Shown here: one piece after another, positions 12,368 to 25,450 of the stretch | Numbering within the stretch: the first letter of the stretch is position 1 | How the letters are laid out: each line of letters starts with the position of its first letter | Source: Psilocybe cubensis | Lineage: Eukaryota | Length of the DNA: 64,000 nt | NCBI GenBank assembly: GCA_017499595.2 | Contig: CM039008.1 | Coordinates: 1,054,001-1,118,000 of the forward strand | Direction: 5' to 3' | Notes under the pieces: model-generated | The model's database searches: none | What the model was told of the DNA's origin: nothing | What the model saw: the letters and a program-made list of their open reading frames with translations, nothing else | Translations under genes and position numbers: made by a program

Positions 12368-15300
12368 ATGCAGAGTTCTTGGAGAAACACACGCAACCTC
12401 CCAAAGGAATGCTATACGGAATCTCTATCTCCAATATACACCACCATCACGCCTCCAATACACCTCGAACTCCTACAGAATCGGGAAGGGCTTCATCTTA
12501 TCCACAAAGAGCGAAAAATCAAGCTTATGGACAAGATAAGAAGGACGACCACTCCATTACCTCTGATGGGTCAAGACCTACAGAAATTTCGGATAGATCA
12601 AAGCATTTATGCGAGATCATGGTCACTCAATTCAGATATTACTGCTAAACCCACCGTCAACCGAACTAATTCGGCAAGGTCGTCAAGCTCTCCTACAATT
12701 GGTTTTGTATTCACTGCCGCGTCAGGATTGACACTATCAACCTTCCGAGCCTCCATGAATCAATTCATATCACCTATTCTTTCCCCCTCTTCTGCCAATA
12801 CAGCCTATAAACGAGTCGATCGGAAAGTTAGACCTATAAATTGGGTTACTCCAGAATCGGCCAAAGTTATACGACAAATTCCTGTTGATCCATTATTATC
12901 TCTTCCACCTCTCCCACTCCATCCCCCTGCCTTTACACCAACGACCAGACTCACTCTTGAACGCATACAATCAATGAACATTAACGCCAACAAATTCCTA
13001 TGGCCGGAAGAAGAAAAGCTTTTCCTTCATATTCTTAAACTCAATGAACGCTCACTTGCTTTTCATCAGTCCGAACGTGGAACATTTTCTGAAGAATACT
13101 TCTCTCCATACATCTTTCCTGTTGAGGATCACGAGCCCTGGGTAGTCCGAAATATTCCTATTCCACCCGGCATCAAGGATCAAGTTATCAGTCTCTTACG
13201 TGAAAAGATAGACGCTGGAGTATACGAACCAAGCCAAGCTCCGTATCGCTCTCCAATTTTCTGGGTCAAGAAGAAGACATCTGGTGCTATCCGTCTAGTT
13301 CATGATCTGCAGATTCTTAACTCTATTTCCTATCGAGACGCAGGAGTTCCTCCAGTTCTTGACGACTTTGTGGTTCCCTTTGCTGGTCATTCTATTTACA
13401 CGGTCTTTGACTTATATTGGGGATATGACGCACGCAAAATCCATCCTATGAGCCGAGATCTTACCACATTCCAGTCGCCTATTGGACCTCTTCGACTTAC
13501 TTCAATGCCTATGGAATATACGAATGCAGTAGCGGAATTTCAAGCCTGTACCACCTTCATCCTTCGTGACGAGATCCCTCACGTAGCCAATGTCTTTATC
13601 GACAATGTTCCTATCAAAGGCCCTCCAACACAGTACTTAGACGAGGACGGCAATCCAGAAACACTTCCAGAAAATCCAGGAATACGACGATTTGTCTGGG
13701 AACACGCTCAAGATGTTCATCGAGTTATGCACCGCATGGGATGTGCTGGTGCTACATTTTCTAGACCAAAGACTCAGCTCGCTCAGCCTGAAGTTCTTAT
13801 CCTTGGACAGTTATGCACTCCGGATGGACGACTACCCGATCAGAGCAAGATACAGAAAGTCACTGATTGGCCACGACCAAAGTCTGTTCACGACATCCGA
13901 TCCTTTCTAGGTCTATGCGGAACAATGCGTGTTTGGATCAGAAATTACTCAGCCCTTGTCCGACCGCTCACAGAACTCTATCGTAAGGACGAACCCTTTG
14001 TCTGGACTCAACAACGAGAAGACTCTTTCCAAACTCTCAAAGAAATCATTTCCAATCCTCCTGTTCTCACTTCTATTGACTATTCATCCGATCGCCCAGT
14101 TATTCTTGCCGTGGACACTTCTCACATTGCTATTGGTATCATTTTCTATCAACTTGACAAAGAAGGCATCCGACGACCTGTCCGCTATGGTTCTATCTCA
14201 CTTAATCCATGAGAAGCACGATACAGTCAGCCCAAGCTTGAGTTATATGGTCTTTTCCGTGCTCTTCGAGAATTCCGCCTCTATCTTATTGGAGTCAAGA
14301 ACCTCTACGTTGAAGTCGACGCCAAGTACATCAAAGGCATGCTCAATCAGCCTGACTTGCAGCCTAGTGCTAGTATGAATTGATGGATACAAGGCATTCT
14401 TCTCTTTGACTTCAAGCTCATCCATGTAAAGGCCGGTAATCATCGTGGACCTGATGGACTTTCAAGGCAACAACCAACTTCTGAAGAGTTAGAGGAACCT
14501 CAAGAAGACAATGACTGGCTCGACGATATTGCTCTTCTTAATACGGTCAAATTTTTCCCTACTTTTCTTTTTACTCCCTCTTCTATGCCATCGTATGACT
14601 CTATCTCGCTTCCTTCTTTTATTGCTTCTTCTTCTTCTCAAGAACGGACACTTCGACAAATTCTTCAATTTCTTACAGACCAAACTATACCCCCTTTTCC
14701 CAATTTGCAGTCCCGACGACGATTCCTTGCTCGCGCTACTCAGTACTATCTCAAAGATGATCAACTCTATCGACGACGACAAGGAAGACCTCCACTCTTG
14801 GTTATTCTAGATCCAGACAAGCGACGTCTCATTCTTACTCAAGCTCATGAAGAACTCGGACATCGAGGAGTATACGGTGTGTTTGGAGTTATTCGCATTC
14901 AGTTTTTCTGGCCATTTCTTTTTCAGGATATCAAGCATCATCTCGCTACTTGCCATGAATGTCAGATCAGATCCACCAAGAAAAGCGAAGTTCCTATCAC
15001 TATCACAGCTCCCCCAACTATCTTCACTATCATCAATGTCGACGTCATGTACATGCCCAAATCTGGACGCTTCCGATACGTAGTCCTAGCCCGAGACGAC
15101 TTATCACGTGCACCTGAAGGACGTGCCCTCAAGTCTTTACGTTCCAAAGAGCTGGCCACTTTCTTTTGGGAAGAAGTCATATGCCGATATGGTGCTATTG
15201 CTATTGTACGCACGGACAATGGAGTAGAAGTCTCTGGCGCTTTCAGTCTTTTGATGGAAAAGTACGGCATTCCTCAAGTTCGCATTTCTCCTTACAACTC

Positions 15301-15997
15301 TAAAGCCAATGGATCTATTGAACGTGGTCACATTGACTTCCGTGAATCCATTCTCAAAGCTTGCGGCGACCAACCTCTAGACTGGCCACAGTACGTTCAT
15401 CACACACTCTTCTCTGACAAATGCATCACTCGACGCTCTACTGGACATTCCCCTTTCTACGTCATGCATGGTGTTCATCCTGTTCTTCCATTCGATCTCC
15501 TTGAAGCCACATTTCTAGTTGATGGATTCCGACAAGGAATGAGTTCCGAAGATCTCTTAGCTCTCCGTGTTCGACAACTCATGAAACGAGATGAAGACTT
15601 AGCCAACATAGCCGACGTTCTGAAACAATCACGACTTCAATCCAAAGCTACTTTTGAACAACGATTTGCTCGACGTCTTCGACAAGAAAGCTTCAAGTTT
15701 GGTGATCTAGTCCTAGTCAGGAACAGTCAAGTCGAGAAGGAGATGAATCGCAAGCACAAGCCACGATACCTTGGACCTTACGAAGTTGTACGACAGACAC
15801 GAGGAGGATCATATGTGCTTAGAGAACTTAATGGTACGCAACTAGCTCAAGGCGTAGCTGCTTTCCGACTTCTTCGCTATTTTCCACGAGACGGTTCAGT
15901 CATTCCTCGACCTCAGCTAGACTGGATGATTAGAGAACTTGGACACAAGAGTGAGGAAGATGAAGACATATGGAGCGACGACTTGGACGACTTCTAA
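12368..15997 (+). pseudogene. pol: Gypsy A ORF2: RT-RNase H-integrase, with premature stops
   Basis: FDLYWGY, FIDN (decayed YxDD), LAVDTS, HEELGH…CHEC, VRTDNG, GPY; stops at ~14210 and ~14382. Confidence 0.92.
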
Positions 15998-16056
15998 TCT
16001 ATCCCCCCCCTTCCTTCCGCAACTGGGAACGGTTGATTTCTCAAGTTTGGGACGGA

Positions 16057-17685
16057 TATCATACCCCAATCCTGATTGGAGATGAGATGTTCATTTTGGA
16101 TCTACACACGACGCCCTCAACCCAAGCAGTCATTCTTTCCATAAGTCATCCACACATCTTATCTTATCAACACTTGTCACATGGGAGCCACGTTATTCCG
16201 GATCATGTCACTTTGTCGGATCATCAAGGCTATGCGACGGATCAGTCAACCATCAAACTGCACAGCTTTCTACACTGCCTTGCACAGCCGGACTGTCAAC
16301 TCTATTTTTATCAATTCAATAGTCTTACTCAGCATCAGGCTGCGGATTACTCATTCCAACTTATTTTTGGTTTGTCTTACTCATTCTTTTGTGTTTATTT
16401 ATATCTTTTCTATTGTCTGTTGCGCTTTTATTGTCTTTGTCTTACCAATCTTCTATGCTTTCTGACTCATCCTTGCTTCTTTTATCTAATCTGTATTACC
16501 ATTCACCTTCGTCATACACTTCTTTCTTACTCATCCTATTCATTTCTTATCTGTCGTAGTGTCGATATCGACATGTCTTATTGTTCTTGCTTATTGTTAC
16601 ACTTGCGTAGCCTCATTCTTGACACTTTGTACAGTATATGACTCGGTTTTCAGTAGCTCAGATTGGTATTTCGTTCACGTAGCTTTTAGTATAAAAGCTG
16701 TAGTAGAATTACATGAAATGATAGGAAAGTTACACCCAGTCCCCACTTTCTTCAAAGCAAGTCAATTTTCATCCAAGTCAAGTCAATTTCAAGTCAATCC
16801 ACATCGATTCATTTCAATTCCAAGTTCAAGTTCAAGCCAAGCCCAAACCCAAGTCCAATTCAGTCATCAGTTCCACCCTCTGTCGAGACCAAGTTTACTT
16901 CCATTCATCCGAAGCCATCTTGCTTTCCATTAAGAGAGGATTTCATCCAAGACCAGTCATCCTCCTCATCCAACGCCTCTTCTTCTCAGCGTTGAATATC
17001 TAACTTCTATCCAGACCTCCAGTACTTCCCTACTTCCTCTCCTCCATTCAATCTGTCACCGCTTCTACTCTTTCTACACCTTCCAACCATTGCCGTTAGG
17101 AGTGTATTCAAGACATCCTTTCCCTCCGTCAACTCATCTGGAGCGATTTCATTCGAGACAGACTTAGTCTTTCATCCTCGATTCAGTCAATACTTCTGCG
17201 ACGTATAGCTTCATTCCAAGCTTCAGAAAGATTGTCAATTTAAAGACACTTTCACCATTCTCCAAGATTCAGCCCGTTAACGACATTCCAACTCCTAGTC
17301 ATCTTCTCATCTCCCCTCGGAACGTTCCCCACTCACTTCAGACAACCCCTCTAAGATTCACATTTATTGATTTCTCATACGCATTCTACGCATCTTCTTC
17401 ACGCTTTCCATATACACCCGCCATCCAATTCCACGGTTCCATCCCATTTTCGGAAGGCTTATTTACTATCGTACCCAGACGACCCGGTTATCCTCTTCTT
17501 ACTATTTCGCTTTCGTTACCCTTCACAATCCACACCATCCTAATCTACTTAAATCCTAGGCAGCGTCCTCCCTTAAGAAACTTAGGAGAAGGTTTCGTCC
17601 TATCTAGTCTGGACCACTCTTTCCCTGGGGTTTGTGTTTGTTGGATTACATATAGTTTATAACCAATCACAAACTTTGATCTTTA
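16057..17685 (+). repeat. Gypsy A 3' LTR
   Basis: Preceded by purine tract GGGACGGA; near-identical to the 5' LTR. Confidence 0.95.
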
Positions 17686-18553
17686 ACGGCTATCTTGAAC
17701 AGATCCTGGCCACCCAAAGTCGTAAGATGTAAACATTGCACGATCATTGACTGTCGCCTGTACAACTAACTAAATGGAATGAATAACTGTTTTGAGATAC
17801 ATAAAAGAGACTTACTGCGTAAAATTTCCTGTGGCAAAAATAAGCAGATCTGTTTTGAATTGGCCTTTCGAGTAACCAAACATATGTTCCATCACCCATA
17901 CCAATACACCCGGGAAACCCAGATTCTTCAAGGACATCTGAAATAGCTTCACGACAATGCTCACCAGGCCATATAAGAAATCTTGATCGTAGGGATCGTA
18001 GTGCATTTATAACTTGGTGGTTGCTGTTGTAAACACTTCCTTCCGCAATTGACAATACACTGGCTGTTTTAATAGCGCCCTGCGCACCCATGGTAATGAG
18101 AAACGAAGCTAGTTGGAGCTTGACTGGCCATTGAGGCTTTTGTCCTTTTGACACAAATCGGTGGTCATCTTTTATTAAATCGTGAATATACCAGAATGTT
18201 TCTTGATCCATTCTTTGAGTAAACAGTTAGGATCCACAAACACATTAATAAATCATTCCCACTGACCGGAACCATGCTTTAAACCACCGATCTGAATAAT
18301 GATTGATCATGAGATTAAAGAAATCCTTTGATTTTGCCGCATTATACGGTCCTCTTCTCCCATAACGCCCCCCTTTTTGCCGACGAGCCTTTCGATCCTC
18401 GATAGCAAGATGAAGGAAAAGAAGTGCGAGAAGTTGTTCATCATCTGAGTTAGCGTCGCCTAGAAGAAGAATGGATGTCATTTCCAAAAATGTCAACTTA
18501 TTTTCCTTTTTTTGACGCGCTTTAAGGCGCATGAGTAGTCGCGTTCGCGCCAT
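17686..18553 (-). pseudogene. Harbinger DDE transposase, N-terminal exons
   Basis: MARTRLL…FKAWFR|MDQETF…GFPGCIGMGDGT…RKFYA|LVVQATV…GWPGSVQDSR with two GT-AG introns; joins across the Gypsy to VF*NSHLW. Confidence 0.9.
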
Positions 18554-18822
18554 TGTAGTTGAAAGCAATATGTATAGGGGCGTAATATAGGTAAGATCAG
18601 ATAATGAATGAGTTGTGCCGTTTGGCACTGGCATACAACATTTTAAACACCGCTTTGTCTTGTCCGTCTAGGCATCACAAAGCCAAGACGCCCAGCGTGA
18701 TTGTTGCCATGCATAAATTTCTAACTTTTTTTCTAACTTTTAGAATTGAGTAGGACTATTCATACACATTCCTACCAACACTCGTATCTATCCGCTTACG
18801 TGTTCCTTCGCAATTCGCAATA

Positions 18823-21800
18823 ATGACTTCTGATTCCCAAATCACTCCATTGAACTCAACCAACTACAACACCTGGGCAGGCCAGATGACCGCCTATCTC
18901 CAGTCTAAAGGGATATGGCGCATTGTCAGCGGTGCTAGAGCACAGCCAACGCTCTCAGACAAGCCTACTGCTCAGGAGAAAGCTTTGCTTGAAACCTACT
19001 TTGAGCAGAGAGACAAAGCATGTGGTTTGATCTATCTCAGTTTGGAGAATGATCAGAGGGTTCATGTGGAAGCCATCAAGGATGATCCTATCAAGATGTG
19101 GGATGCCCTCGCCGCTGTACATCAGCAAAAGCGCCCTGGCAACCGCTTTAATGCATATGATGATCTGTTCTCAATCCGAAAGGAGGAAGGTGAAAACCTT
19201 CAAATCCTGATCAATAGAGTTGAGCAAGCCATGTTGCTAATTCAGCAGCTTCGCCCTAAGGGGTTTGATCTGGCTAAGCTTGATGAAGAGCTTGCTTCGC
19301 TTGCTCTGGTCAGGGCACTCCCAGAAGAGTACAGTTCATTTGCATCCTCACTTCTCCTTTTGGACAAGTTGGACAAGGCTACAATTCATCAAGCCTTTGT
19401 CACAGAGGATATACAGCGACGTCGCCGCGCTTCGGAGTTGCCTGCACTCGCCACTGCGTTCCAGACCACTCCAGCCCCTTCTGCATCCAAGCCCAAGTGC
19501 GCATTTTGTGATATGACCAATCATGCAATGGACAAGTGTCACAAGTTCATTGCTGCGCAAAAGGATGCGAAGGAGCGTGTCAAAGCGGCTCGCAAAATCA
19601 ACAGAGCGCACAAGGCCTCAGAGGCATCCAGTGAGGAAAAAGAGTCCAAGGACATGGAATTTGCTGGAAATGCAAGTGCTCTTAATACCGATGTTCCCTC
19701 TTCCATTTCACCCCAAACTAATGACGATTGGATTGCAGACACAGGTGTGACTTCTCATATGACGCCCCATTGCAATTGGGTTAGAAATTACACCCCCCTT
19801 CGCATTCCAATCCGATTAGCAGATGAACGAGTTATTTATTCTGCAGAGGTGGGCATTGTGTTCTTTGAACCAGTTGTAAATAGAATAAAGTCAAGAGGCG
19901 TCGAGTTAACTAGAGTTTTACATGTACCAGATCTCTGAAACAATCTACTGTCTGTTCTATACCTCACAAAGCACAAAGGCTTCAAAATCACCATTGATGC
20001 TAATCTGATGGAGTTTCATCGCAAAGGAGCTTGTCTCTTCTCTGCAGATGTTAGTACATCAAACTGCGCTTTATTGAACGGTTATACAGTTCCTATTTCG
20101 GAGTCTGCCTTTATTTCCTCCAATTCCACTCTACCCCTTAATATCAGTCTCTGGCATCGTCGCTTTGCTCATCATAGCTACACTGACATCCAGAAGATGA
20201 TTAGAGAGGGTATGGTCACTGGACTCAAGCTGAATTCACAGCAACAGCCTGACCCCATTTGTGAACCTTGCCTTGCAGGCAAGATGCATTCCAACCCATT
20301 TCCTTCTTCACCAAGCATGTCAGATGTTCCGCTTGCGCTTATCTTCTCAGTTCTGAAAGGTCCTATCTCGCCCCCTACTCCTGAAGGCTATTGCTACTGG
20401 ATAACCTTTATTGATGACCATACAAAGAGTAGAGCTGCTGTACTTCTTAAGCGCAAAGCAATGCATTCAGTGCGTTTCAAACGTACAAAGCATGGGCTGA
20501 GAACAAATTAGGCTTTAAAATCAAAGCACTGCAGGATGACAAAGCTGGTGAATACATGTCAAATGCTTTCATCAAATTCACTGACCAGTGTGGCATTGAG
20601 CATCGTGATACAACACGAAATCGCCCACAACAGAACGGAGTTGCAGAGCGTGCAAATCGCACCATGGCAGAATATGTTACTTCCATGCTCAATAAGGCTT
20701 GTGTTCCACCTTCGTTTTGGGGTTGCTGTGTTGCAGCATACATGCATGTATGGAATCGTGTTCCTACAGCTCCTCTACTGGACCAGACTCCGTATGAAAG
20801 CTGGAACAAGCGCAAACCTGATGTTAGTCATTTGAGGGTTTGGGGTTGCCTTGCATATGTTTATGTTCAGGGAGATAAGCGCAAATCGTTGCAGCCTCAT
20901 ATGGAGAAGTGTATCTTTGTTGGGTATCCTACTGGGTACAAGGGCTGGGAGTTTTACAACCCAGTCACCAAAAGGTTCATTATCTCTGAGAGAGCTGATT
21001 TCGACGAAAGGTGCTTCCCTGGGGTGTCCACTGGCCCTATGCCAAAGTTTGACCTTCTTCCCACTTTTTCTGCAAGTGCACCACCTCCCAATTCAGGGGG
21101 GGACTCTAATGGCTTCAAGTTTGATGATGATGAGGATGACTCTACTCCAAGTCCTGTCATTGAGCCAGAAGTGCCTATTGCGCCTCCTGAACAGCCAGCT
21201 GAACCGCCACAGCCTGAGGCCGTTCCTGCACCTCCTCCTAAGCCTGCACGCCGCCAGCGTGCTCCAGTTGATCCTGCAACGTTGAGATGCACTACTCGCG
21301 TTCCTAAGCAGCCTGGTGAATGGTGGAAGGTCTCACATGATCCTGAACCACCTGAAGCCAATGATCCTGGATTTGAAGAGGTGGAGTTTGCTGGGCTTGT
21401 TTCAAGCGCAGATCCGCGCACATTCAAACAGGCAATGAAAGCGCCTGATGCACACATGTGGGAAGAGGCTGCTAACACAGAATTCAATCTGTTGCAGCAC
21501 AATCAAACTTGGGAGCGAGTTGAGCTCCCTCCGGGTCAAAAGGCAATTGGCTGTGGTTGGGTCTTTAAAATCAAGCGAAATGCAGATAGCAGTATAGAGC
21601 GCTACAAGGCTCGTATTGTTGCCAAGGGCTACAGTCAGCGCCCTGGCATTGATTACCATGAGGTCTTTGCTCCTACTTTCCGCCCTGCTACTTTCCGCTT
21701 GATTGTGGCTCTGGCCGCTATTGGAGACTTGAAGTTGCGCTCTGTTGATATTACAGCTGCTTTCACTAAAGGTGACCTAGACGAAGAGATTTACATGTTA

Positions 21801-22970
21801 CAACCTGAAGGATTTCACCAAGGTGGTCCTAACATGGTTTTGAAGCTCAAAAAGTTGCTCTATGGTCTTAAGCAGTCTGCACGTCAATGGAACCTCAAGT
21901 TGCATGAGGCATTGTCAGATATGGGGTTCAAGCGTATAGAATCAGATCGCTCTGTCTACATCTATTCAGATGGAGATGTGAAGATTATTGTTCCCATTTA
22001 CATTGATGACATTACCTTTGCCTCCAAATTGGACGCTGCCATAGATAGAGCTGTTAAGCAGCTAGCTGCGTATTTTGAACTCCGTGATTTGGGTCCTACA
22101 CAGTATTTACTTGGTGTTGCCATTGAGCGAGATATGGCTGCTAAAACCATTTCCTTGCATCAGCGTCAGTATATCCTTGATATGCTTGATACATATGACA
22201 TGACTGATTCTAATCCGGTCAAAACACCTATGTCTGTGGGCACTGTTCTGTCCAAGGCAGACAAACCTCAGAATGGAGATGAGGTGGAATTTATGCGAAA
22301 TGTTCCCTACCTCAATGCAGTTGGCTCCTTGCAGTATCTAGCCACCATGACCCGTCCTGACATTGCTTTTACTGTGTCCTATCTGGCACGCTTCAACTCC
22401 AATCCTGGGCCTAAGCATTGGGCTGCGGTTAAACATTTATTCCGCTACCTCAGAGGCACTCTGGATTACAAGTTGACTTATTCTGGCGCTGTGGGCCATG
22501 ATAACTTTGTCACCTACACTGATGCTGCACATGGTGATTGTGTAGATACTGGACGCTCTACAAGTGGTTATTTGACCGTTCTAGCTGGAGGTGCTATTGG
22601 CTGGGCAAGCAAACTCCAAACTGTTGTCACTCTGTCTACTACTGAGGAAGAGTATATTGCTGCGGTGGAGGCAGCCAAGGAGATTGTGTGGATGCGCAAT
22701 ATCCTTGAGGAGTTTGGCTACACAGTCACTAAGCCTTCTGTGCTGCATATGGACAACCAGTCATCTATCAGTGTTTCCAAGAATCCAGAGCACCATGGAC
22801 GGATGAAGCACCTTGATTTGCGCTATTATTGGCTTAGGGATGCTGTTGGTGTTGGAAAGATTTCTCCTTCTTATATTCCTACTAATCAGCAAGCTGCTGA
22901 TATTCTTACCAAACCCCTCTCACCTCCTAAAGTAGACTTTTGTAGAGATAAAATGGGTCTCAAACTTTAA
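18823..22970 (+). pseudogene. Copia gag-pol polyprotein (stop at 19936, frameshift near 20460)
   Basis: NYNTW, CAFCDMTNHAMDKC knuckle, WIADTG protease, WHRRFAH/CEPC, PQQNGVAER, YKARIVAKG, YIDD, YTDA RNase H, ADILTK. Confidence 0.95.
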
Positions 22971-23033
22971 TCTTTCTTTCTCTGTTTTGCTTTATTTTTC
23001 TTTGTTCTGGAGACTTGTCAGAACAGGGGGGAG

Positions 23034-23411
23034 TGTTAAAACTGCTCTCTATGTCTCCCTCACTTTGCTATCTTATCAGATTAGATTACTTTCTTCTTAT
23101 CTTCATTTGCTCTCCAGACCATTCTAGACACATGATATTTATCAGTCCATAGACTGGTCTGGACCGGACCAGAGTAGACCTAGGTAGACCAGAGTACTTG
23201 AGTCTACACAGTATATAGTCACTCTAGTTTACATCCTGAAGTCCCCAGTTACTCACTTTGGACTTCAGGTTAGTTTGTTAGCACTTTGCTCAATTCACCC
23301 AGTTACTCACTTCGGACTTCAGATGCTTTGTGCTCGCTTATCCCTGCGCCCTATGTTCTATAACTAGGTCGCCGAGTAGCTCACACTGCCCCAAGCTTGC
23401 CTGCTTCAACA
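23034..23411 (+). repeat. Copia 3' LTR
   Basis: Follows PPT AGGGGGGAG. Confidence 0.93.
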
Positions 23412-24715
23412 ATTCTATACATGCATATTTGCTGCAACACAGCAATCCCAAAACAAAGCTGGTACACAAGCCTTATTGAGCATGGAAGTAACATGTTCTT
23501 CTATGGTGCAATTTGCATGCTCTGCAACTCCATTCTATTGTGTCCAGGACAATTTGTCATAGTATAACAAGCTACACTGGTCTGTCAATTTGATGTTAAA
23601 ACTGCTTTCTGTGTTTCCCTTACTTTGCTATTTTATCAGATTAGATTACTTTTTTCTTATCTTTATTTGCTCTCTAGAATCAATTAATCAAATTAACACC
23701 TTCAAAGGAGCACAACATAATTAGTCTTATGTTTTATAGGTTTTAAGGAAGAGACTCCTTCAGCTTTTTAAGAAGCTTGGTAAGATTGTTGAGACTAGTG
23801 TAATTAATGAGTGAATCTGTGCTAGTAGTAGGGATAAAGTTGTAGGAAGAGAACATACAGGCTTTAAAAGTGCAATTTTCTAGACTTGTTTATATATCTC
23901 ATGGAATACAATGCTACCCAAGGATTCTCCATTACACCAATATAGATTAACCTATTAAAACTGCTCTCTATATCTCCTTCACTTTGCTATCTTATCAGAT
24001 TAGATTATTTTCTTTTTTATCTTCATTTGCTCTCCAGACCATTTTAGATACATAATATTTATCAGTCCATAGACTGGTCTGGACTGGACCAGAGTAGACC
24101 TAGGTAGACCAGAGTACTTGAGTCTACACAGTATATAGTCACTCTAATTTACATCCTGAAGTCTCCAGTTACTCACTTTGGACTTCAGATTAGTTTGTTA
24201 GCACTTTGCTCAATTCACCTAGTTACTCCCTTTGGACTTCAGACGCTTCATGCTTGCTTATCCCCGCGCCCTATATTTTATAACTAGGTTGCCAAGTAGT
24301 TCACACTGCCCTGAGTTTGCCTGCTTCAACATTTTTGTTCTTAAAAAGCACAGCAGCTCTACTCTTTGTATGATCATTAATAAAGGTTATCCAGTAGCAA
24401 TAGCCTTGAGGAGTAGAAGGCAAAATAGGACCTTTCAGATCTAATAAAATAAGTGCAAGCAGAACATCTGACACATTGGGTAAAGAAGGAAATGAGTTGG
24501 AATGAATTTTTTCTTCAAGGCAAGGTTCATAAATGGGGCCAGACTGTTGCTATAAATTCAGCTTGAGTCTAGTAACCATATCCTCTCTAATCATCTTTTG
24601 GATGATAGTGTAGCTATACTGAGCAAAATAAAAATGCCAATGACTGCTATCAAGGGGTAGAGTAGAATTAGAGGAAATAAAAGCAGACTCCAAAATAAGA
24701 ACTGTATTACTATTT
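23412..24715. mobile_element. Shattered copies of the same Copia family: minus-strand integrase fragments, partial LTR (~23594-23677) and solo LTR 23953-24331
   Basis: Direct homology to 2200-2390, 2500-2880 and the LTRs. Confidence 0.85.
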
Positions 24716-25339
24716 AACATGTCTTGATATATTTAAAAAATATACATATATTAATCAATATTAAAACTTCTATACTCAAATTATATATAAGTCTAATTGT
24801 TTAATGCATTTAATGTTTAGGTGAAATATTATTTCTAAAGCTATAAAAATAGCATTAAGTAGCAGCAAATCTATTAATCCAAACCTTCAAACCAAGCCTA
24901 AACACCGCAAAAGTAATAAATATAGCAAGAAATTTGCTGAACATTATTTATTACATGATGGGCTATCCAAATCATTCTTTTTCAAACAGCTAAATTTTAT
25001 TGAGAATGATCTTAAAACACTGAGTGATTTGGAGCCTTCTATAATTCTTATTGTCCCAGATAAGGATTCTGCAAGTAACCTGGAGTCTTTTTTAATTCTA
25101 ATTATTTAGGATAATGATTTTGCAAGCAACCTGAAACCTCTTCCAATGCCAATCATTCCAAATAATGATTCTGCAAGTAACCTAGAATCTTTTCCAATAT
25201 TAAACCTCTATCAATACTAGTTGTCTTGGAAGAGAATTCTAATCCTACCAAATAATATTGAGCCCTCTCCATTGGTATGCTAATTCAATTTGTATATTAT
25301 GGAATTTAATATTAAATAAAGTATACTGTATTTAAATTA

Positions 25340-25450
25340 TTCTATATGCTCCGGAACTGCTCTAGTCAAACATATTGATATAAGAAAATATTATGTGTGG
25401 TAGAAAGTTGCTGACAAAAATGTCTGCATTGAGTATATGCCTAGCTCTGT
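25340..25450 (+). pseudogene. RNase H C-terminal remnant of a different Copia family
   Basis: Translates as KHIDIRKYYVW*KV…VCIEYMPS. Confidence 0.6.

Larger units (their letters stand above)
6196..17685 (+). mobile_element. Ty3/Gypsy LTR retrotransposon A (11.5 kb, 1629-bp LTRs, no chromodomain seen)
   Basis: LTRs 6196-7824 and 16057-17685; 4-bp TSD ATGG/ACGG whose removal restores the transposase frame; TGGAGCCCACCGCG PBS-like site at 7827. Confidence 0.95.
3852..18757. mobile_element. PIF/Harbinger (PHIS)-superfamily DNA transposon, ~3.4 kb without the nested Gypsy
   Basis: 51-bp TIRs AGTCCT(T/A)CTCAATTCTAAAAGTTAG… at 3852-3902 and 18707-18757; 3-bp TSD ATT (3849-3851, 18758-18760); two convergent genes. 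Confidence 0.93.
3152..23411 (+). mobile_element. Ty1/Copia LTR retrotransposon (~5.35 kb once the nested insertion is removed)
   Basis: LTRs 3152-3530 and 23034-23411; PBS from 3531; PPT before 23034; gag-PR-IN-RT-RH order. No matching TSD (ttgca vs attct). Confidence 0.9.

Noticed and set aside
6196-17685. A recombinase gene driving the LTR inversion
   Set aside because: No serine or tyrosine recombinase motif is recognisable in any ORF in the window.
20954-21502. Antisense 182-aa ORF and other short overlapping ORFs as real genes
   Set aside because: Shadow frames of TE coding sequence with no independent motifs.
3147-23416. TSD for the large Copia element
   Set aside because: Flanks TTGCA and ATTCT do not match, so a single clean insertion is not demonstrated.
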